This document shows, piece after piece, positions 1-7,549 of a stretch of 64,000 nucleotides of DNA. This DNA is from an uncultured delta proteobacterium (GTDB lineage Bacteria > Desulfobacterota > Syntrophia > Syntrophales > UBA2185): NCBI GenBank assembly GCA_963729715.1, contig CAVSPA010000010.1, forward strand, positions 32,001 through 96,000, read 5' to 3'. The notes under the pieces were generated by a model. It did no database searches. It saw only the letters and a list, made by a program, of their open reading frames with translations, and was not told where the DNA came from. Positions within the stretch are counted from its first letter, which is position 1. Each line of letters begins with the position of its first letter. The position numbers were made by a program, and so were the translations under genes.

Positions 1-498
1 TCTGTTGCTGTAAAGATCAAAGAGAGTGTGGGAATGAATGTGGTGCAACTTGTTTCGCTTATAGAAAACCTCGATGTTTCCGTTGATTCTGTGGCTGTTG
101 TAGTTATGAATGAAAAGACAGGCACCGTTGTCATGGGCGAGAATGTGAGGATAGCTACTGTAGCTATAGCTCATGGAAATCTGAGCATTCAAATAAGAGA
201 GGAAAAAAAGGTTTCTCAACCGCTTCCCTACGCTCCGGGAGCACCTGCCGGGAGTGCTGCACCAACCCAAAAAGGAGGCGTGATAATGGCTCCTGGAGGA
301 CAGACAGTGGTGACTCCTGAGAGTCATGTAACTGTGTCTGAGGAAAAAAAGAAATTGCTGGTGGTGCCGAGGGGAGTCACCATTCAGGAAGTAGTGAGTG
401 CTCTAAATGCAATCGGCGTTTCGCCGAGGGATCTCATTACCATTATGCAAGCTATAAAAGCCGCTGGGGCACTTCAGGCTGATTTGAGAATTATATAA
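1..498 (+). CDS. flgI: Flagellar P-ring protein FlgI, C-terminal part (5' end outside window)
   Basis: C-terminal FlgI motifs VVMNEKTGTVVMGENVRIATVAIAHGNL and ALNAIGVSPRDLITIMQAIKAAGALQA. Confidence 0.95.
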   Translation, partial: SVAVKIKESVGMNVVQLVSLIENLDVSVDSVAVVVMNEKTGTVVMGENVRIATVAIAHGNLSIQIREEKKVSQPLPYAPGAPAGSAAPTQKGGVIMAPGGQTVVTPESHVTVSEEKKKLLVVPRGVTIQEVVSALNAIGVSPRDLITIMQAIKAAGALQADLRII

Positions 499-564
499 AC
501 AAAATACAGACTTTTTATGAAGTTCTCACCCAAGATGAGATGAGTCACAAGAAGGTTAGGTATC

Positions 565-888
565 ATGGCTGATCTTGCAACAGTGAAAGCACAGGCTACG
601 AACCAGGAAATTCCTCAGAAAGGAATTGGTGCAGCGGGGAGTGAAGATGCTCTTAAAAAAGAAAAAAAACTGAAAAAGGCTTGCGCCGATTTCGAGTCTA
701 TCTTCACATATTACATGTTTAAAACAATGAGGCAAAGCATTCCGCAGAGTGGTTATCTTAAACAGAGTCCCGGTAAAGATACTTATTATATGTTATTTGA
801 TCAAAAGGTTGCCGAAGAGATGTCAAATAAAGGGAAAGGAGCAGGCTTACAGCAAACCCTTTTCAACCAGTTAAGCAAACATCGCTAA
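565..888 (+). CDS. flgJ: Short FlgJ, rod-binding domain only
   Basis: LKKACADFESIF...FKTMRQS...LFDQKVAEEMS...G.GLQQTLFNQL; directly follows flgI. Confidence 0.85.
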   Translation: MADLATVKAQATNQEIPQKGIGAAGSEDALKKEKKLKKACADFESIFTYYMFKTMRQSIPQSGYLKQSPGKDTYYMLFDQKVAEEMSNKGKGAGLQQTLFNQLSKHR

Positions 889-910
889 GAGCGATATAAA
901 GAGTTTTTAC

Positions 911-938
911 TAAAGTTTTGTTGTCTTCTTGCCGATAA
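911..938 (+). promoter_or_regulatory. sigma28 (FliA) promoter of flgM
   Basis: TAAAGTTT (911) with TAAA-N16-GCCGATAA (931-938). Confidence 0.85.
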
Positions 939-974
939 GTGTGATAGAGAAAGAATCATAAGGAGATTCGTAAG

Positions 975-1280
975 ATGAAAATTTCTAAAGTCGATGATGC
1001 CGCAATCCAGGCTGTTCAGCAGTACCAGAAGACTGAGAAGGTACAGGAAGAATCAAGCGCGAAGGTAAGCGGAAGTGCGGCACCAGAGGAGAAAGTAAAT
1101 CTTTCCACCAAGGCAAGAGACATCCAGCAATTGCGGGACGCTGTTAGCCAGCTTCCTGATGTTCGCGAAGATAAGGTTAGCGACTTAAAGGATCAGGTTG
1201 ACACGGGCAGTTACGATGTAAACGGACAAAAAATTGCTGAGAAAATGGTGTCAGAGTCTCTTTTGGATACATTCGCCTGA
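975..1280 (+). CDS. flgM: Anti-sigma28 factor FlgM
   Basis: EKVNLS...PDVREDKVSDLKDQVDTGSYDVNGQKIAEKM motif; flgJ-flgM-flgN-flgK order. Confidence 0.92.
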   Translation: MKISKVDDAAIQAVQQYQKTEKVQEESSAKVSGSAAPEEKVNLSTKARDIQQLRDAVSQLPDVREDKVSDLKDQVDTGSYDVNGQKIAEKMVSESLLDTFA

Positions 1281-1514
1281 TAAAAATTTTTCCCCATTTT
1301 CCTCAGAAGTTTCATCCTCAAGAAAGAGCCCGCCGCATCATTTGTGTAGATTAGGGTTATATTGCCCTACTTTACAGGACAGCTAAGATTGTACAGAACG
1401 TTGAAAATATTAGGTTTTCCCGTTGCGAATGAGAATAACCATATTGCTTAGGCTTCTTCGCAATGGTGTTAAAAGCAATATGTCTGAAGTTTTAAGATAA
1501 TTATGTAATAGGAT

Positions 1515-2060
1515 GTGGATATGATACAGCATAACATTAGCCTTGATATGGATGAACTGCCCGCGCTTCTTGATTCATTGATAATTATCCTGAAGAGGGA
1601 AATAGTCGTTTATAGAGAGCTTCAGACCGCAATCTCACATGAAAAGATAATATTAATGAAACCTTCCCTCGAAAGGCTCCTCGAAAGTAACAGCAAGAAA
1701 GAGACTGTAATACTGAAGGCAAAAATGCTGGAGGAGGGGAGGCTAAAGCTTGTAAAAAAAATAGCAAAAATACTTGATCTCGAGGAGAATGAAATCAATC
1801 TGACCGCTTTGTGTTCTTATGCAGATCATGATCAAAAGAAATATCTGCAGGAGTGCCAGTCTGTATTGGGCGGTCTCCTCGCCAAGAGTCGGGAGATGAA
1901 TAGAAATAATAGGGAGTTGATTAATTACTCTCGCCATTTTTTGCAGGGATCCATCGATTTTATTCACAGTCTCCTCTCTTCCACTTCGGCCTGCTATATG
2001 CCTTCGGGGAAAATGAGGCCGATCGCCCGGAATGGGAAGATGATACAAACAGAAGGATGA
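1515..2060 (+). CDS. flgN: Flagellar export chaperone FlgN (start may be at a downstream ATG)
   Basis: Helical protein between flgM and flgK; N..N.ELI..S motif and C-terminal Y...GK. Confidence 0.8.
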   Translation: MDMIQHNISLDMDELPALLDSLIIILKREIVVYRELQTAISHEKIILMKPSLERLLESNSKKETVILKAKMLEEGRLKLVKKIAKILDLEENEINLTALCSYADHDQKKYLQECQSVLGGLLAKSREMNRNNRELINYSRHFLQGSIDFIHSLLSSTSACYMPSGKMRPIARNGKMIQTEG

Positions 2061-2063
2061 ACC

Positions 2064-3752
2064 ATGGGGAATATCGGGAGTGTCTTAAATATTGCGAGGG
2101 ATGCTATTATAGCCAACTCAACTGCTCTTAATGTTACCGGGTCTAATATTGCCAATGTTAATACAACAGGTTACTCTTTATTGGTTCCCGAATTTGGCTC
2201 TATGGGTGTCTTTAATGCTGATGCAAGTCCGGAACAGCTTGGGGTCCAGATTACATCCATAGAGAGGATGAACAATAAATATCTCGATGCTCAAGAGATT
2301 CAGCAGGAGCCGAACGGAGCGTATAGTCAAGCCCAATTGAATGTCTTAAATGACGTGCAGAGTGTTTTCAATGCAAGTGACAGTGGGGGCATCAATGACT
2401 TGTTATCGCAATTCTGGAGTGCCTGGTCGCAAGTGTCCTCAAATCCCACCGACCTCACTGAACGGGATAACCTGGTATCCGTATCTCAGAGCCTTGCTTC
2501 CACGTTCAATCAGAGCGCGAACGAACTCATTCAGATCCAGAGTAACACGAATAGTCAAATTTCTGACACCGTGACGCAACTGAATGGTTACCTTTCCCAA
2601 TTGGCCGATTTAAATAATCAGATTGTTCAGGCTAAGGCGGGAGGCAACGACGCGTCGAGTCTGCAGGATCAAAGATATACACTTTTGCAGAACATAAGCA
2701 AGATCGTCCAAGTGAATTACAGTGAAGATGCAAACGGTGCACTGGATGTTTATATTTCCAACGGCAAATCCCTTGTAGACGGTTCCACCGTCTACAAGCT
2801 TGGCGTGCAAGTCAACCCGAATAACTCGGATTACTATGATGTTGCTTTCCAGGACGCGCCGACCGTAGCGATCAATACCGATCTACAAGGGGGAACACTA
2901 GCCGGGCTCCTGAACGTCAGAGATACGGATGTTGGCGGTTATCTTAATAATCTTGATAAATTGGCAGCGGCAATCGTCAGCAGTGTCAATACTCAGAGCA
3001 GTTCCGGCTACGATCTAAATGGCAATGTCGGGGGGAACTTTTTTTCTCCGGCAGGGATCGATTCCCCTGTAGCGGCTAGTGGGAACGGCTATACAGGTAC
3101 AGTGACTGCCGGAGGGGCTTATACTGGGACTACCAACACAGCCTGCGAAGTGCAAATTGAGAACGGCGGGGCGCTTGGAACTGCAACCTTTGAAGTTTCA
3201 ACCGACGGCGGTCAGACTTGGGGAAGTGCCCAGCAAATGCCCGCGAGCGGAAATATAACACTAGGTGACGGAATAACTTTAAACTTTACCGCGGGCACCT
3301 TTAATGCTGGCGATGTTTTCAGTGTTAATGCAACTTATGCCGCCGCGGGCATGCAGGTAGATCCGGGCATTGTTGCTGATGTGACAAAAATTGCCGCTTC
3401 AGCTACTGTCAATCAAGACGGTGACAATGCCGCTTCGATTGCTGACATTCAAAATCAGAATAACTCATCATTGGGTGGCGTGACAATCGATAATTATTTT
3501 GATTCTCTTGAGACAAAAATCGGTCAGGATGTCTCAAATGCACAAAACAATAACGACCAGCAAACTGCCATCCTGAACCAGATAGAGAATCAGAGACAAT
3601 CCGTTTCAGGTGTTTCCCTTGATGAAGAGATGATGAATTTGATCAAGTATGAGGCCGCTTACAATGCCGCAGGCAGACTAACCGAGGTTGCCAATACGAT
3701 GATGGGTACTATAATTAATTTAGGGATAGACACGGCCATAAGCACCACATGA
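2064..3752 (+). CDS. flgK: Hook-associated protein FlgK
   Basis: N-terminal ALNVTGSNIANVNTTGYS; C-terminal RQSVSGVSLDEEMMNLIKYEAAYNAAGR. Confidence 0.97.
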   Translation: MGNIGSVLNIARDAIIANSTALNVTGSNIANVNTTGYSLLVPEFGSMGVFNADASPEQLGVQITSIERMNNKYLDAQEIQQEPNGAYSQAQLNVLNDVQSVFNASDSGGINDLLSQFWSAWSQVSSNPTDLTERDNLVSVSQSLASTFNQSANELIQIQSNTNSQISDTVTQLNGYLSQLADLNNQIVQAKAGGNDASSLQDQRYTLLQNISKIVQVNYSEDANGALDVYISNGKSLVDGSTVYKLGVQVNPNNSDYYDVAFQDAPTVAINTDLQGGTLAGLLNVRDTDVGGYLNNLDKLAAAIVSSVNTQSSSGYDLNGNVGGNFFSPAGIDSPVAASGNGYTGTVTAGGAYTGTTNTACEVQIENGGALGTATFEVSTDGGQTWGSAQQMPASGNITLGDGITLNFTAGTFNAGDVFSVNATYAAAGMQVDPGIVADVTKIAASATVNQDGDNAASIADIQNQNNSSLGGVTIDNYFDSLETKIGQDVSNAQNNNDQQTAILNQIENQRQSVSGVSLDEEMMNLIKYEAAYNAAGRLTEVANTMMGTIINLGIDTAISTT

Positions 3753-3818
3753 GGTTCATATTTTTGTTGACATTATGGGACACTTTTATTGATTTAGGGA
3801 GGTGCAGAGGGTAAGATT

Positions 3819-5015
3819 ATGATTACACGCGTTACAAATCAAATGATGTCCGATTTACTGACTAACAGTATGTCCACCGTTGATAGTCAGTATAATAATA
3901 CAATAGAGGAATTGGCTTCAGGAAAGCAGGTTAATAGTCCGTCTGATAATCCCATCGGTTTTTATCAGATTCTCAATTACAGGAGTGGGTTGGCGCAGAT
4001 CAGTAATTACCAAGAAAATGTTAGTAGCAATAACTCATGGCTGTCTGCCACAGAGTCGAGTTTGTCACAAGTGAACGATATTCTGACAAGTATTCAAACA
4101 ACGGCAATCTCACAGGCCAGTGCGACGGCGACCGCTTCAACGAGGCAGACTGCAGCTGCTTCCCTACAGCAGCAAATTGAACAGATCCTTTCTCTTGGTA
4201 ATTCACAATTCGGAAACAGTTATCTCTTCGCCGGTACAAGTACAGATACAGCACCGTTTTCTGCAACGGCAAGGTCAACTACCGAATATACTGTCACCCC
4301 GGCAAGCGAAAACACTTATAGCAGTACGGTAGATACCTCAGGAGGCACTTACACAGGCACCGTGAATAATGCCTATGTCATTAAAATTGTGCAGGGCGGG
4401 ACGCTTGGAACTGCAACATATGAAGTTTCATCAGACGGTGGTAAGACGTGGGGGGGTACACAGACAATGCCCGCGAGCGGAAGTATCGCAGTAGGTGACG
4501 GAATAAACTTGACATTCCCTGCCGGCACCTTTGCGGCTAACGATGTGTTCACTGTCAATGCATATGCAACCGGTTATTACAATGGTAACGGCGAAGAACT
4601 TTCCAATGAAGTTAACAATGGCGTCACAAGTAATTACAGTATCACGGGAGAAGAAGCGTTTACAAAGACGGGCACTGATACCGTTGATATTTTCACGGTA
4701 TTAAACAACTTGCAAGAAGCACTGACGAGCGATAACACAACAGGTATAACGAGTTCACTTGATGACCTCACCACTGCTGGTGATCAAATTACCCGTTATA
4801 TTGCGCAATGTGGAACCAGGGAGGACTCTCTGAATACCGCAAGTTCCGTACTTACTGATATGAACACACAGTTAACGACCGATGACTCAAATATCGAAGA
4901 CGCTGATGTGGCAAAGCTGGAAACAAATTTTCAGCAGCAGCAATTAACCTTAGAAGCTATTTATAAAACAGCAAGTGATGTAGAGGGCATGTCAATCCTT
5001 AATTTCCTTCAATAG
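3819..5015 (+). CDS. flgL: Hook-associated protein FlgL
   Basis: Flagellin-like N-terminus (LASGKQVNSPSDNP), N...G.SYLFAG, C-terminal SNIEDADVAK...SILNFL. Confidence 0.95.
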   Translation: MITRVTNQMMSDLLTNSMSTVDSQYNNTIEELASGKQVNSPSDNPIGFYQILNYRSGLAQISNYQENVSSNNSWLSATESSLSQVNDILTSIQTTAISQASATATASTRQTAAASLQQQIEQILSLGNSQFGNSYLFAGTSTDTAPFSATARSTTEYTVTPASENTYSSTVDTSGGTYTGTVNNAYVIKIVQGGTLGTATYEVSSDGGKTWGGTQTMPASGSIAVGDGINLTFPAGTFAANDVFTVNAYATGYYNGNGEELSNEVNNGVTSNYSITGEEAFTKTGTDTVDIFTVLNNLQEALTSDNTTGITSSLDDLTTAGDQITRYIAQCGTREDSLNTASSVLTDMNTQLTTDDSNIEDADVAKLETNFQQQQLTLEAIYKTASDVEGMSILNFLQ

Positions 5016-5044
5016 AAGGACGATTTCCCATATAATAAGGGGAT

Positions 5045-5311
5045 ATGATGTTAATCCTGACACGGAAGTTGGGCGAGTCGATAACGATCGGTGATGATAT
5101 TAGGATTACTTTTCTCGAAGCAAAGGGAAAACAGGTCAGGATTGGAATTGAGGCCCCACCCCATATTGCCGTTCATCGAGAGGAAATATATCAGCTCATC
5201 AGGGAACAGAATATCAAGGCTGCAAAAAGGGGTAGTACAGAGAAGGATACTCTGCCTGATATTTTTGAAGGATTGAAAAATTTGCTTTTAAAAGATCAGA
5301 AAAAGCTTTGA
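5045..5311 (+). CDS. csrA: Carbon storage regulator CsrA with C-terminal extension
   Basis: [21 protein letters not shown]...[17 protein letters not shown]. Confidence 0.97.
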   Translation: MMLILTRKLGESITIGDDIRITFLEAKGKQVRIGIEAPPHIAVHREEIYQLIREQNIKAAKRGSTEKDTLPDIFEGLKNLLLKDQKKL

Positions 5312-5362
5312 AAATAATATAAGTACTGGTTCGAAGATATACTAAGCAGGGAGATTTATATA

Positions 5363-5857
5363 GTGAATATAGCTACCAGCCGCTTTGGGGAGATCGATGT
5401 AGATGAATCCAAGATCATTGATATGCGGGGAGGGATCCTCGGATTTGAACACCTGAAGAAATATATAGTGCATATGCAGGATGAACAGAACCCGTTCTGG
5501 TGGTTCCAGTCCCTTGACGATGGCAAGGTTGCCTTTGTCGTGATCAATCCATTTATCGCAAAACATGGCTATGAGCCGATCATAGACGATAATGATACAA
5601 AACTCCTCGAAATAGAAAATGCGGAGCATGTAGTCCTGCTGGCTATAGTGACCATCCTTCAAAACCCTTTTTCGGTTTCTGTCAACCTCAGGGCGCCTAT
5701 AGTGGTCAATACAGAAAAAAAGATTGCTAAACAGGTTATCCTCGAAGATCAGACGTATCCTGTTCGGTATTACCTGACAACAACTGGTTCTCGTGGAGAT
5801 GCTTCTACAGCCGGCGATAATAAAAAACGGAATAAATCTGAGGCAGCTTCCCTGTGA
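5363..5857 (+). CDS. fliW: Flagellar assembly factor FliW (CsrA antagonist)
   Basis: TSRFGEIDV, GILGFE, PFWWFQS...AFVVINPF, VNLRAPIVVN...AKQVIL. Confidence 0.95.
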   Translation: MNIATSRFGEIDVDESKIIDMRGGILGFEHLKKYIVHMQDEQNPFWWFQSLDDGKVAFVVINPFIAKHGYEPIIDDNDTKLLEIENAEHVVLLAIVTILQNPFSVSVNLRAPIVVNTEKKIAKQVILEDQTYPVRYYLTTTGSRGDASTAGDNKKRNKSEAASL

Positions 5858-5893
5858 AAAGAAGGTGGGATCAATATGGTGTGGCGCTATTCT

Positions 5894-6256
5894 TTAAGCA
5901 GGATGGTTAAAAATAATGCCGACTAGCTCTCCCAATTTCGTATATAGATCTTGAAGGTCTTGGGGGGGGATTTCTCGTATAACCTTTCCCGTATCTGTGT
6001 CTTTGACGATTACACTGATATCATTATTTTTCTCCCCGTATGTTGAGAAGCTCACACCGATATTCATGGATTGAAGCTGCTTCTGGATTTGCTGGAGCGT
6101 TTGGTTTACTGCTTCAGTGCTCATAGGTCCGGATTCTTCAGGCGCCGGTCCAGAAGTCTCTTCCTGAGGCGGGTTATTTCCAGATACTGAACCCTGCAAC
6201 GAAATTGCGGGCACACCCTGCACCGCCGGATTTATGTTAGAAATAGCCATACCCAT
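5894..6256 (-). CDS. flaG: FlaG family protein
   Basis: VIVKDTDTGKVIREIPP...LGELVGIIF motif. Confidence 0.9.
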   Translation of the reverse strand: MGMAISNINPAVQGVPAISLQGSVSGNNPPQEETSGPAPEESGPMSTEAVNQTLQQIQKQLQSMNIGVSFSTYGEKNNDISVIVKDTDTGKVIREIPPQDLQDLYTKLGELVGIIFNHPA

Positions 6257-6288
6257 TTCTCACCTCTATTCTTCTCCTTTTATTATAC

Positions 6289-6315
6289 ATATCGGCATTT
6301 GTACGTAAAACTTTA
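6289..6315 (-). promoter_or_regulatory. sigma28 promoter of flaG
   Basis: Minus strand TAAAGTTT with TAAA-N15-GCCGATAT. Confidence 0.8.
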
Positions 6316-6380
6316 TACCTTTCAAACCAAATTCAGCAATAGAGACGTAGTTTCTATTACGTAATCTGGGTTTAATATCC

Positions 6381-6839
6381 CTACGTCTTAACGTCAAGGA
6401 AGCGGGGCTCTCCGGAATTTCCCCTATAACCTTTGAACCACATCTGACTATGGCCAATCCCGGATAAGTCTTTTCTCAACTTATCGAGTTCATCTTCCGC
6501 GGCAGCCTCACAATCCTGGTTTAATCGCAGGGTTTTACTAATAATATTTTCGAGGGCCTTTATAAGGGATTGAACACGTTTCCTTTTTTCCGGTACTTCA
6601 TAAGAGGGACGCGCCTCCCTGATCCTGCGGATTGCCTCGTCTACTCTGCCGATGAATGTTATATAATCGTGGCGCTGGGCGATCAACATTTTAATCGCTT
6701 CCACATTATGCTGTTCAATCATATCCTTCAGGAATGCGGTTGCAGACATGAAATCTTTAAAAACAGCCGTTTTCTGCTCTAATAATTCGCAGAGCCTGGA
6801 AAGATCGGCAGATACCGCTGATGATTTCTGGTCTGTCAT
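6381..6839 (-). CDS. Helical flagellar chaperone-like protein (FliT/FlgN-like)
   Basis: Directly follows fliS; ATG at 6839 (MTDQK...) avoids the long overlap with fliS; coiled-coil character. Confidence 0.55.
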   Translation of the reverse strand: MTDQKSSAVSADLSRLCELLEQKTAVFKDFMSATAFLKDMIEQHNVEAIKMLIAQRHDYITFIGRVDEAIRRIREARPSYEVPEKRKRVQSLIKALENIISKTLRLNQDCEAAAEDELDKLRKDLSGIGHSQMWFKGYRGNSGEPRFLDVKT

Positions 6840-6841
6840 TT

Positions 6842-7297
6842 CTATGCCCTCATTTCTCTTCTGCTGGTTTCCTTCTCCCGATCGGTGATGTGACGGAGAC
6901 CTGGGTTCATGTCCTTGCGCTGACCGGTAAAAATCTCTTCCCATGCCGATTTTAGTTCTACCAAAATCCAGATAATGTGGTCCATGGCTCTTAAGTCTCT
7001 TTTCAAGTCAGCTTGCAATAAACGATGCGTCATGTAATTGTAAAGGGCGTGCAAGTTTGAGGCTATATTGCCTCCCTTTTCAAAATCGAGTGCGGTGTTA
7101 AGTGCATAAATAAAATCCATTGCTTTTTGTAATGCGTGTGCTTTTTCTTCGTAATCACGGGAGATGAATTTTGCCTTGGCAATCTTCAGATTCCGTATCG
7201 CTTCCTCATAGCACATTAAAACCAGCCTTTTGGGGTCCGCTGTCAATATTCCTGCTTGCTGGTAGGCTCCGATGCCTTTATCGTACATGTGATCCAT
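6842..7297 (-). CDS. fliS: Flagellin chaperone FliS
   Basis: AYQQ..ILTADPKRLVLMCYEEAI...LDFEKGGNIASNLHALYNYM...ELKSAW. Confidence 0.95.
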   Translation of the reverse strand: MDHMYDKGIGAYQQAGILTADPKRLVLMCYEEAIRNLKIAKAKFISRDYEEKAHALQKAMDFIYALNTALDFEKGGNIASNLHALYNYMTHRLLQADLKRDLRAMDHIIWILVELKSAWEEIFTGQRKDMNPGLRHITDREKETSRREMRA

Positions 7298-7322
7298 CCT
7301 CCTTATTAATGGTTATACAATA

Positions 7323-7549
7323 TTCACTGTAATTGCCAGCCGTTCGATGCGGCAGTGAGCCGCGAGGTAAGCCAGCTGTTTTCGTTTTGAATAGTGTTTA
7401 TTGCAGTTATCCATAGTTACAGACTCGCTGAGCTCGTTGCAGCAGTAAGCTGCCAGCCGTTCGATGCGGCTGTAAGCTGCGAGGTAAGCCAACTGCTTTC
7501 ATTTTGAATAGTGTTTATCGCAGTTTCCATAGTCACAAACTCGTTGAGC
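7323..7549 (-). repeat. Imperfect tandem duplication (about 105 bp) of the fliD 3' end; the downstream copy is frameshifted
   Basis: About 7329-7433 versus 7445-7549: tgccagccgttcgatgcggc and ttttgaatagtgtttat are present in both copies. Confidence 0.9.

Noticed and set aside
7323..7549. fliD 3' repeat as a diversity-generating retroelement TR/VR pair
   Set aside because: Differences between the copies are not adenine-specific (many T/C and G/A changes in both directions, plus an indel), and there is no reverse transcriptase in the window.
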